A stretch of 64,000 bases of DNA from assembly GCA_038087875.1 (NCBI GenBank), contig CM075996.1, positions 8,434,001-8,498,000 on the forward strand. Direction: 5' to 3'. The translations under genes were made by a program, and so were the position numbers. Below the pieces are notes generated by a model. It saw only the letters and a program-made list of their open reading frames with translations. It was not told the DNA's origin and did not search any database. How positions within the stretch are numbered: the first letter of the stretch is position 1; each line of letters begins with the position of its first letter. The stretch comes from Malacoraja senta. Taxonomy: Eukaryota. This document shows, one piece after another, positions 23,374 to 33,634 of the stretch.

Positions 23374-26300
23374 ATGGCATCTACATCTAAATCTTCATCT
23401 CACTGCACTGCTATCAATTGCTCTAATCGTCAATGTAAACGACCCGACCTGTCATTCTTTAGGTTCCCCGATAAAAAAGAAAGGTGAGAAAATATATTAT
23501 ATTTGACATCTGTCGATTTTATTCTGAACTGAAAATGTTATTTTCTGGTGTCTCATCAACGGTCATTGGGAAACTAGGTTTGTCGGTACATTAGAAAGTT
23601 ATTAGAATTATTTTTAATAGATTTTTATTTACCAATACTAAAGTCAATAATTTTAACACTTCTGTACGTTTTTGGTTTTGTTCTTGTAAGGCAGGGGTCT
23701 CCAAAATATGGCCCGCGTTATGGACACATTAGGCCCAGTGACCAGATTGTTCGAGCTCAGATTGGAGTCCGGGATGGAACGCGGCGGCTGTTACCCGGTT
23801 ATGTCCCTGGAATTGTCGAGACACCACAAGCAAAGATCACAACCCGCCGTGAAGAAGGGTGCAATCAAAGATTATAAAACTCCGCTCTATAATCTTTGGG
23901 TGCAATGGTGGGGCGGGGGGTTCGGCGGCGGCGGTCGGAATCAAAGATACCAGAGGAGCTCTGCTCTATAATCTTTGGTCGGAATGGAACGGCTGCGCGT
24001 TATAACGTGCCATCGTTCCACTCTCTTTCTCCCCCTTCTCCCTCTCCCCTTCTCTCTCTTTCCCCTTCTCTCTCTCAGCGCAGGGACACCAACACGGAGC
24101 GGGCGATGCCTTGCCGGGTCGCCGCTCCGGAGTGCTGTGACCGCCGACCACCAACATCGAGGGTCTGGGGTATGCGGTCTGAGGGCGTCTCGCCGCGGGC
24201 GGGCGGCGCTGGATCGAAAACACCGCGGAGTCAGAGTCGATCTCTCTCTCTCCCCCTTCTCTCGATCTCTCTCTCCCCTCTCTTCTCTCGATCTCTCTCT
24301 CTCCCCTCTCTTCTCCCGATCTCTCTCCCTCTCTCTCCGTTCTTTCCCTCCCTCTCTTCGCTCTCTCTCCCCCCCCCTTCCCTCTATCCCTCCCTTCCCT
24401 CTATCCCTCCCTTCCCTCTGTGTGAGAGTTGGCAGCCCTGCTATGCCTTAGGTCCAAAAGAGGATAGAAAGAAAATACTTAATGGTCTTTGTAAGAAGAT
24501 TTTAATAAGCTCTTCTACATTTAAGGTAAATTGACATATTAGAGGCAAAATGCATCTTCAATATACAGGTCTCTCCACACAACTGAAAACAATTGCACTT
24601 AAGTGATACGTCATCCATTCTGCAGGCATGTAGTTATAATCATTTTTTTTCTTATTAGTTAATCCTAAATGATATGTTCTCTAATTTCAGATGTCAACAG
24701 TGGGCCCAGAATACTCGTCGACAAGATCTCCTGCACCGAACTCCGGAGTACTTGTCAGCCAACTGTTGTCTTTGTTCTTTACACTTTAAACTTGACCAGT
24801 TTTCCAACAAGCAGACCAAGAACAGGCTAAATTGGAATGCAGTTCCAACGCTCTTTGACATTCCTAACCCACCAAAACGTCTGTCTTCCCAACGCAGGTT
24901 ACTCAAGAGGAAGAATGAGAACCTCCCATCCTCACCAACGCCTTTAAAACAGCAAAGAGGCAAGTAATTTTCTCCTTTTTAAAATAAAATATATTCTCTC
25001 ACTTTGGCTAAATATTAAAAAATTATATCCAAACTGATATAATTGCTAATGGTCAATATGTAATGGCATGTATGGTACTTTTATTTTCATTTGTGAAATG
25101 TTCACAAAACTATAATCACACATAAGACTACACAGTGTGGGCTGATGGAATGCGTACTAGTATTTAATTAAAGTAAGAACATCCATTTAAAGCTTCCTCA
25201 AGCATAATTCATACAACATTTAAATTGATTTAATTTTTTTAAATCTTCAAAAAATCAAGATCATGATTTTCTTCTGGTAGATTGAAATTGGTGCATCACA
25301 TCTATTTGTAATTATAATTATTAGTAGATGCTGATTTATTTACATGTATATGCTTCATCTTTTTCATTAGTATGCTTGACATTTCTTTTTCCCTTTCTCA
25401 TTTGTTTTGTCTTGGCAGTGTCACACAACATACTGGCCGAACATTCTTACTGCTCAGCTGCAGACAAAATTCATCGTAAAGAACCCAGCAATGTCTCTAC
25501 AACTCCTGAAAACCCTGATCTTCAATCCACACCAAATGTGAATGACAGCAGAGCTCTGAAGAAGGAAAGACAGCGTACTTTCCGCCTCAAAAAAAGAGTA
25601 CAACAGATTAAATTATCAATGGGAAAGAATACTACAGAAATTAAGACAATTAGTGACTTGATCAGAGGGGCTGGTGAATTTTTACAGGAACCAGCACTGT
25701 CTTTCTTTGCGTCGCAGTTGCGTAATGCGTCCGGACGTAGAAGTGCAAGAGGAAGACGATGGAGTTATTCAGACAAGGTGGTTGCCTTGTCCCTCTACCA
25801 CCAGAGTCCCCGAGCATATCAGTTCTGCACAACGGGACTGCATAACGGCTGACAAACTGCAAACATTACTCAATGAATGTTTACAGAAGGTTAAGGCTAT
25901 TGGACTACAGCCTAAGGCCGTTGTTTGTGACCAAGGCCCAAGCAATATTCGACTGTACTCCAACTTGGGTGTGACAGAAGACCATCCTTTCTTCGTCCAC
26001 GGGGGAACCAATATCTATTGCATGCATGACCCACCCCACTTGTTGAAAAACACTCGCTCAAATTTGGAGAAATATGTTTTTGAGGTCAAGGGAGAGGATG
26101 GCAGAAAAAAACATATCAAATGGCCGCATATTTACACATTTTATGAGCATGATTCACAGTTGCCCATTAGAAAAGCCCATAAATTAACCAGAGGCCATTT
26201 TGTTTTAAACAGCTTCTCTAAAATGAGAGTCAACAAGGCTGCGCAGGTGCTTAGCCATTCGGTAGCAGCAGGCGTCTACACCTATGCAGCTCTTGGAAAG

Positions 26301-27365
26301 TTACCTGGGGAGGCTGTTTATACGGCAGAGTTCATTGAAATGGTTGATGGACTGTTTGACTTATTTAACAGCAGGTTTTTCAAGGACCCCAAAATGTTAA
26401 GGAGGCCTATGTCAGAAAAGTCTGCGCATAAGTCATTCTTTGAATCATGCTTGACTGTACTCCGAAGCTTGACAGTGCTTGGAGCTAAAAATGTGTTGTT
26501 TGTCAAGGGATGGCGGCTTGCAATTTCTTGCATTTCACAGCTGTGGCAGCACATAAAGGAAAGCACAGACGCCCGTTTTATGTTTACATCTCGGATCAAT
26601 CAGGATGTTGTAGAGGATCTGTTCTCCACTATTCGGCGAAAGGGCGGGTTTAGAGAAAATCCATCAGCGAAGGAGTTTCGATGTGCTTTCCGGATGGTTA
26701 TGGTGGCTGAACTGATAAAGCCATCTGTGAGTGCAAACTGTTCCCCCGACTCAGACAGATTTATCTTAACATTGCAAACACTAACAAAAAACAGAGTCAA
26801 GAAACCATCTCCATCTATCTCCCATACCAATAAAACAAAACAGCACAATGCAGTCTGCAGCATTTCACTAGATCTCCCTGAAGAGAATACACTAGCTTAT
26901 ATCGCAGGACACATCTGTCACAAAATCATCTCTTCACATGAACTGTCCTCAAAATGCCACACATGCAGAGAAGTTTTATTACGAACAGATGCCACTTTAG
27001 TAGATCCTGCACTCATATTCATCCATCACAAAGCATATGACACATCAACGTCTGACTTTGGCTCATTGATGGTGCCTTCGGAATACTTTCTTGGGTTCTG
27101 TGAAGTGTGCGAGAAAGTGTTCCTCACAGAATTTGATGATGTTAAGATGACCAGGGATAACATTTCCCATCTAATAAACACAGCAATACATAACACACAG
27201 CAATACAAAGACATGAACTTGTGCTGCAATAGAGTCAAGATTAGAATTGTAGCAATCTTTGTGAGTATCCACATGCACTATGGACTCAAATTCAAGAATA
27301 GAAAAATGCATAACATGACTGTTAAAAGGAGATGTAAAAAACTTCAAAAAGTGGAACATAAGTAA
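23374..27365 (+). pseudogene. P-element/THAP9-like transposase, copy 1; exons 23374-23483, 24691-24959, 25419-27365; internal deletion and frameshift near 25826
   Basis: THAP zinc finger (CTAINC..FFRFP..W..CSLHF..AVPTLF); EHSY HCF-1 motif plus coiled coil; ALSLYHQSPRAYQF; then in another frame VVCDQG, HDPPHLLKNTR, KMRVNKAAQVLS, FTSRINQDVVEDLFS, YIAGH, CxxC, GSLMVPS. Confidence 0.9.
23866..23977. mobile_element. Two P-family excision footprints (33 bp at 23866-23898; 36 bp at 23942-23977); mirrored at 36431-36463 and 36352-36387
   Basis: Each is CAAAGAT...ATCTTTG flanked by a perfect 8-bp TSD (GGTGCAAT; GTCGGAAT). Confidence 0.8.
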
Positions 27366-27409
27366 AGTGCATAATTTTCAAACATTATTTATTTGAAGTA
27401 ATACTATTG

Positions 27410-28394
27410 TTCAAGTTCGTTCAATTGAGTTTATTGTCATGTGCTCCTGATTGTACAATGAAATTCTTGCTTTGCTTCAGCACAACAGAACATAGTAGGC
27501 ATTGACTACAAAACAGATCAGTGTGTCAATATACAATTATATAAATTTATACACACATGAATAAATAAACTGATAAAGTGCAAATAACAGATAATGGGCT
27601 ATTAATGTTCAGAGTTTTGTCCGAGCCAAGTTTAATAGCCTGATGGCTGTGGGGAAGTAGCTATTCCTGAACCTGGTCGTTGTAGTCTTCAGGCTCCTGT
27701 ACCTTCTACCTGAAGGTAGCAGCGAGATGAGTGTGTGGCCAGGATGGTGTGGGTCCTTGATGATACTGCCAGCCTTTTTGAGGCAGCGACTGCGATAGAT
27801 CCCCTCGATGGAAGGGAGGTCAGAGCCGATGATGGACTGGGCAGTGTTTACTACTTTTTGTAGTCTTTTTGCTGGTGTTGAGTGCCAGGTTATTGTGCTG
27901 GCACCATATGGACAGTTGCTTGATTTCTCTTCTATACTCTGACTCATCCCCATCAGTGATACGTCCCACAACAGTGGTCTTGTCAGCAAACTTGATGATG
28001 GAGTTCGCACTATGTCCAGCTATGCAGTCATGAGTATAGAATGAGTACAGCAGGGGGCTGAGCACGCAGTCTTGAGGTGCACCCGTGCAGAGTGTTATCG
28101 AGTCTTGACACATTTCCATCAATACGAACAGACTGGTCTGAGAATGAGGAAGTCGAGGATCCAATTGCAGAGGGATGCGCAGAGACTCAGTTCTGTGAGT
28201 TTGGTAACCAGCTTGGAGGGGATGATTGAATTAAATGCCGAGATATAATCAATGAATAACAGCCTGACATATGAGTTTTTGTTGTCCAAGTTTCCCAGAG
28301 AAGAGTGGAGGGCCAGCAAGATCGCATCCACCGTTGATCTGTTGTGGCGGTAAGCGAACTGCAGTGGGTCCAGGTTTTTGTCGAGGTAGGAGTT
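27410..28394 (-). mobile_element. Rex1/Babar-like LINE fragment (degenerate RT)
   Basis: [55 protein letters not shown] over several frames. Confidence 0.85.
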
Positions 28395-28613
28395 GAAAAT
28401 GTGTTGGCTCCTTGCAAAGTGTTTGCCAAATTGTCTTGACTTTTAAAGACTCTTCAGAAAATGTGTTGGCTGCTTGCAAAGTGTTTGCCAAATTATCTTG
28501 AGTTTTAAAGACTCTTCAGAAAATGTGTTGGCTCCTTGCAAAGTGTTTGCCAAATTGTCTTGACTTTTAAAGAATCTTCAGAAAATGTGTTGGCTGCTTG
28601 CAAAGTGTTTGCC
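28395..28613. repeat. 62-bp tandem repeat, ~3.5 copies
   Basis: GAAAATGTGTTGGCT(C/G)CTTGCAAAGTGTTTGCC recurs at 28395, 28457, 28519 and 28581. Confidence 0.9.
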
Positions 28614-29288
28614 TAACTGGCTTGTCTCTTAAAATCGTTGAAACCGTTTTCGGATGGATAAAGCAGCAAGATGGTGCTGATACGTCATTTCCGGTTCGTG
28701 GCAAGATGGCGCTGACAGCAGAAGGCACCGAGTGAAGACACCATTGAATAATTCAAGAGAGCTGACAGTTCTGTCTATGGTGAGTGTGTTGGACGTTATT
28801 TAAAGCACGTATTTTCTTCAGCAGCAGCAGCCTCTACAGGAGGCTTTAAACGTTTGAGTGAGTCTGTGTGTGTGTGAGTGTGTGTGAGTCTGTGTGTGTG
28901 TGTATATATGTGTGTGAGTCTGTCATCATTAAAAGCTTGAATGATGACTTCTGAGATAAATTATCAGATTTCTTTGTTTAAATTTGACCGCTGAATCTCT
29001 CTATATTTAAATTTTCTCTTTTTTTTATCAACAGCAAAGAGACATAAAGACGCAGTGAGCAGCAACAAGAGACACAACAAGAAAGAACTTAATGATTCTC
29101 ATTTTTGACATTTAAATTGTTCTTATATTTTAAGAGTCATTCACATTTTAAACTTTAATAAATCCTTTTTTCCACTTTTCATGCATGTGTGTTCTTCATC
29201 ACAATGGGAACCTAATGGGCAGGAATGGATACTCTGTGGGAGAGCCACTAAGAGCAAAGATCCTATAGCGGAGCAAGATGGACCACTC

Positions 29289-30055
29289 CTCTTCTGTGGC
29301 AGGGAATTCCATAAATTCACAATTTTCTGGTTGACATTTTTTTTTCTCACCTCAGTCTTAAATGACCTCCAATTTATTCTAAGACTGTGGCCCCTGGTTC
29401 TGGACTCGCCCAACATTGGAAACATTTTTCCTGCATCTAGCATGTCCAGCCCTTTTATAATTTTATATGTTTCTATAAGATCCCCCTCATCCTTCTAAAC
29501 TCCAGCGAATACAAGCCTAGTCTTTTCAATCTGCAGAAGAACCTATTTACTCCTATACTGAAATCCTCTTGTTATGAAGGCCAACATTACATTAGCTTTC
29601 TTCACTGCCTGCTGTACCTGTAAGCCAACTTTCAGTGACCGATGTACAAGGACGCCCAGGTCTCGCTGCACCTACCCCTTACCTAACCTAACTCCATTGA
29701 GATAATAATCTTGTTTTTGCCGCCAAAGTGGATAACCTCACATTTATCTATATTATACTGCATCTGCCCCCTCACCCAACCTGTCCAGGTCATCCTGCTA
29801 ACATCCTCTTCACAGTTCACACTGCCACCCAGCTTTGTGTCATCCGCAAACTTGCTAGTGTTGCTCCTAATTCCCTCTTCCAAATCATTAATATATATGG
29901 TAAACAGTTGCGGCCCCAACACCGAGCCTTGCGGCACTCCACTCGCCGCTGCCTGCCATTCTGAAAAGGACCCGTTCACTCCTACTCTTTGCTTCCGGTC
30001 TGCCAACCAATTTTCTATCCATGTCAACACCCACCCTACCCAAATACCGTGTGCT
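29289..30055 (-). mobile_element. CR1-like LINE fragment (RT)
   Basis: SGVPQGSVLGPQLFTIYINDL, SKFADDTKLGG; flanked by a 15-bp duplication CAAGATGGACCACTC. Confidence 0.85.
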
Positions 30056-30070
30056 CAAGATGGACCACTC

Positions 30071-31004
30071 ATAGAATCATAGAATCATAGAATCATAGAA
30101 AGTAGGTGCGAGAGCAGACCACCAGGTCCATCGAGCCCGCACCGCCATTCGCTCATGGCTGAACACCAAACAAACAAACACCCCCACCCACAAACAGTAG
30201 ACACAAGACACAGAACACAAGACACTACCCTCCCCTTTATAGCGCTATCACCCCTCTCCACCCCAAGAACCGAGTGATCTCCTGGGGGAGGCAAAAAAAC
30301 GGATAAAAACCCAGGTCCAATTCGGGAAAAAAAATCCGGGAAATTCCTCTCCGACCCCAATCCAGGCGATCGACACTTGTCCAGGAGATCACTCAGGTCT
30401 TACTATACTAACCCTACCTAGGTCCATATCCCTGCCCTCTCCCCGTAGCCCCTTATCCCCTTGGCAGCTAAAAAACCATCTATTTTAGACTTAAATATAT
30501 TTAATGTTTCTGCTTCCACTGCTCCCTGGGGCAGTGAATTCCATAAATTAACCACCCTCTGGGTGAAGAAGTTCTTCCTCATCTCAGTTTTAAAAGAGCC
30601 CCCCCTTATTCTACAACTATGTCCCCTAGTTCTAGTTTCCCCGATCATTGGGAACATCCTCGGTGCATCCACCCGATCAAGGCCCCTCACGATCTTATAT
30701 GTTTCAATGAGATCGCCTCTCATTCTTCTAAACTCCAAAGAGTAGAGTTCCAGCCTACTTAACCTTTCCTCATATGTCAATCCCCTCATTGCAGGAATTA
30801 ATCTTGTAAACCTTCGCTGCACTGCCTCCAGGGCCAGTACATCCTTTCTTAAGTATGGACCACAGAACTGTACACAGTATTCCAAATGTGGTCTCACTAA
30901 TACTGTGTACAACTGCAGCAAGACCTCCGTGTTTTTATACTCAATCCCCCTAGCAATAAAGGCCAAAACTCCATTGGCCTTCCTGATAGCTTGCTGCACC
31001 TGCA
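30071..31004 (-). mobile_element. CR1-like LINE, 3' end
   Basis: LVRPHLEYCVQF, LEAVQRRFTRLIP, RMRGDLIETYKI, FFTQRVVNLWNSLP; (ATAGAATC)n tail. Confidence 0.88.
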
Positions 31005-32774
31005 CACTCCTGAGAAAAACAATCGGCAATGTAGGCAACCCGACTTGTCTTTCTTCAGGTTCCCCATTAAGGAGGAAAGGTAAGAAAACATTTATTACTT
31101 CTGTGGCATATTGAAATATTTATTTAGCCTGTTCAATCTCTCACTGTAGTTAGATCATTGATCTCAGATAGTCGAGTCCTCATGGCAACATCCTTTTAAA
31201 AATCTTCTCCTCAAGAGCATTTTCTTTCTACCTCTCTGTTATTTAATGCAGAATAAGAACATATTGACTGCATGATATTTTCTTTAATTTCAGATGTCGA
31301 CAGTGGACATGATCTGCACCGAACTGCGGAGTATTTGTCAAATAACTGCCGTCTTATGTAGATTGTGTGAAATTGATTTGTTAACTGCACAAAACAATGC
31401 AAATGGCGATTTATTTATTATTGTATCTTCGTTGGACGTTTTGGTCTTTGGTGTAAGCAGGGGTGGGGCTATCATTGTGTTACATACGTTGAATTGTACA
31501 TCACTTTCACTGGTTAGCTGATATGCTTAACACTGCAACCCTGTATATCTCGCACACAGAATGTTAATTATGTAAATCTTACCATGCATGTCAGAAATAA
31601 AGTGTTAAGCATGTTAATGGATCTCTATTATGAATTATTTAAAATTGAGTGGATTAGTGCAATATCGGTTCCAGCCGTCAGTGACTGCACTGCCAGCCCA
31701 CCAGCCGTCAGTGACAGAACTGCCAACCCACGAGCCGTGAGTAAGTGAACTGCCAGCCCACCAGCTGTAAGTGACTGAACTGCCAGGCCAATAATCCATT
31801 CAGTCCACCCTCTCCCCCTTCTCGCTCACAGAGTCTGTCACCTGTTTTGGGCAGAATTTCTGGCAGTTTCTCAGCTGCCAGCCTGCCAGGTCTGAGTGAC
31901 TGTACTGCCAGGCCTGTGACTGAGCTGCCAGCCCAAGAATCCATTCGACCCACAATGTCCATACTAGCCCTCTGGAAACAAGTCCCTTTGGCCCACAACA
32001 CCCATACTAGCGCAACAGAAAGCCCCCCACCACCCCCCACCCAGCAATATTGGAATTGGTGGAGAGGTGGAATATTGCATTGGGTGACCAGCCCTCCCGT
32101 GTGATGCTGGGACCCAACTTAGTCTAGTTATTGTATATAAGTTAGAAATGTTATCCTTTGTTTGAAATATGTTGAATTTGACATCACTTTTATTGATTAG
32201 CTGATATGCAAAACACTGCAACCCTGTATATGTCGCGCACAAAATGATGTAAATAAAACGTGTTTTCCTTGTTTATGAAGTTCAATTTAGAATTAATTGA
32301 AATTGTGGGGGTTGGTGCAAAATACTGCTGACCCACAAATGTATCGTTGTGAGACATTCAAGTTTTAAAAATCCATGTCTCAAAAAAAGCAAGAAGGTCA
32401 CCATATTATTTGACCAACTTATCGACTGAATTTAAATATGTAGGGATGTATGCACTACATTGTGTTACGCTAATATAGACCAGCAGGTCCAGGAACAGCT
32501 TCTTCCCTGCGGCGGTTACACTACTCAACACTGTACCTCGGTGACTGCCAATCACACCCCCCCCCGGACACTCCTCCCACCAGGATTTATTAGATTTATT
32601 TATTTACTGCTCATATTTATGTCGCTCTTCTAGGGAGATGCTAACTGCATTTCGTTGTCTCTGTACTGTACACTGCACAATGACAATAAAGTTGAATCTG
32701 AATCTGAATCTGAAATAATGGAAAAATATTTCGACATTGTGTTCATGGATATTTTATTCACAATATTGGGATTT

Positions 32775-32877
32775 CATATATATTTTATATATATGTGTGT
32801 GTGTGTATATATATGTGTATACATACAAATATGTATGTGTATATATATGTATATACACACTTATTGTAATATATATT

Positions 32878-32919
<42 letters not shown>

Positions 32920-32990
32920 TATATATGTGTGTGTGTATATATATATATATAGTGATACACACACACAAATATATATATATACATACACAC
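32775..32990. repeat. (TA)n/(TG)n microsatellite tract
   Basis: Visible dinucleotide runs. Confidence 0.9.
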
Positions 32991-33634
32991 AGAGATTGAA
33001 AGAAAAAGGTTGCTAAACAAATTAGAGGAAATCTGAAGAAAGAAACGAGAAATATGTCGTCACTTTTATTTATATAGCACATTTAAAAAAACAAGCGACC
33101 ACATTTGGTCGCGCTGGACGCATGCAATTACATGCTGGTGGGACAGACCCTTAACTTGCCTCTCACACACAGGCACTCACAAACACACATTCATATAAAT
33201 ATATATATAAGTTACCTTTAATTTTGTGCACAGTGTGTGTTAAAGCAATACAAGGGAAGCTGCACAATACAATGCAAGGGAAACTACGCAAAGGTGGCGG
33301 CTGGGGAGGAAAGATGGGAGGGAAATGGGGGAACAGGGGGAAAACATTTACAATAAAATTAACTAAAATATGTGAGGTGATAGATGCGCTATATCAAACA
33401 CTGTTTGATATATCAAACACTGTTCCCTACAACACTAATTACACTGGTTACACCAAAGATACTAGAGGAGCTCCGCTCCGCACCGCTATATAATCTTTGG
33501 ATCAAAGCAGCGGGAGGCAAACCGGAAGTCGCGTTTTGCATTAGAAAATGGCGGCCGTGACGTTCCGTTGCGTACTACACGTCAGTCCATTGGATTTCGG
33601 TGGAGTGGTCTATCTTGCTCCTCTAGTATCTTTG

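Larger units (their letters stand above)
29255..31355 (+). mobile_element. Nested, diverged, internally deleted P-family element (left end plus THAP exon remnants), interrupted by two CR1 LINEs; right boundary uncertain and may extend to 33634
   Basis: CAAAGATCCTATAGCGGAGCAAGATGGACCACTC at 29255; NRQCRQPDLSFFRFPIKEER/gtaaga at 31021-31079; ttcag/CRQW..LHRTAEYLSNNCRL from 31294. Confidence 0.75.

Noticed and set aside
23692..24440. hAT-like MITE in transposase intron 1 (CAGGGGTCTCCAA...TTGGCAGCCCTG)
   Set aside because: The ends are only partly complementary and there is no 8-bp TSD (TTGTAAGG versus CTATGCCT). It may be two fragments, so it was not called.
23374..27365. Domesticated host THAP9 gene
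   Set aside because: It has transposon ends, a TSD, related MITEs, a duplicate copy and a frameshifting deletion, so it is a transposon copy. No gene symbol was assigned.
28395..28613. CRISPR-like array
   Set aside because: Units are contiguous with no unique spacers, the context is eukaryotic, and there are no cas genes.
28742..28779. 38-bp CATTGA...TCTATG segment as a footprint of another P-like family
   Set aside because: The flanks do not form a TSD and there are no other copies in the window.
33454..33634. 181-bp MITE with a perfect 18-bp TIR
   Set aside because: No TSD (GGTTACAC versus ACCATAAC); better explained as a footprint junction plus a genuine right end.
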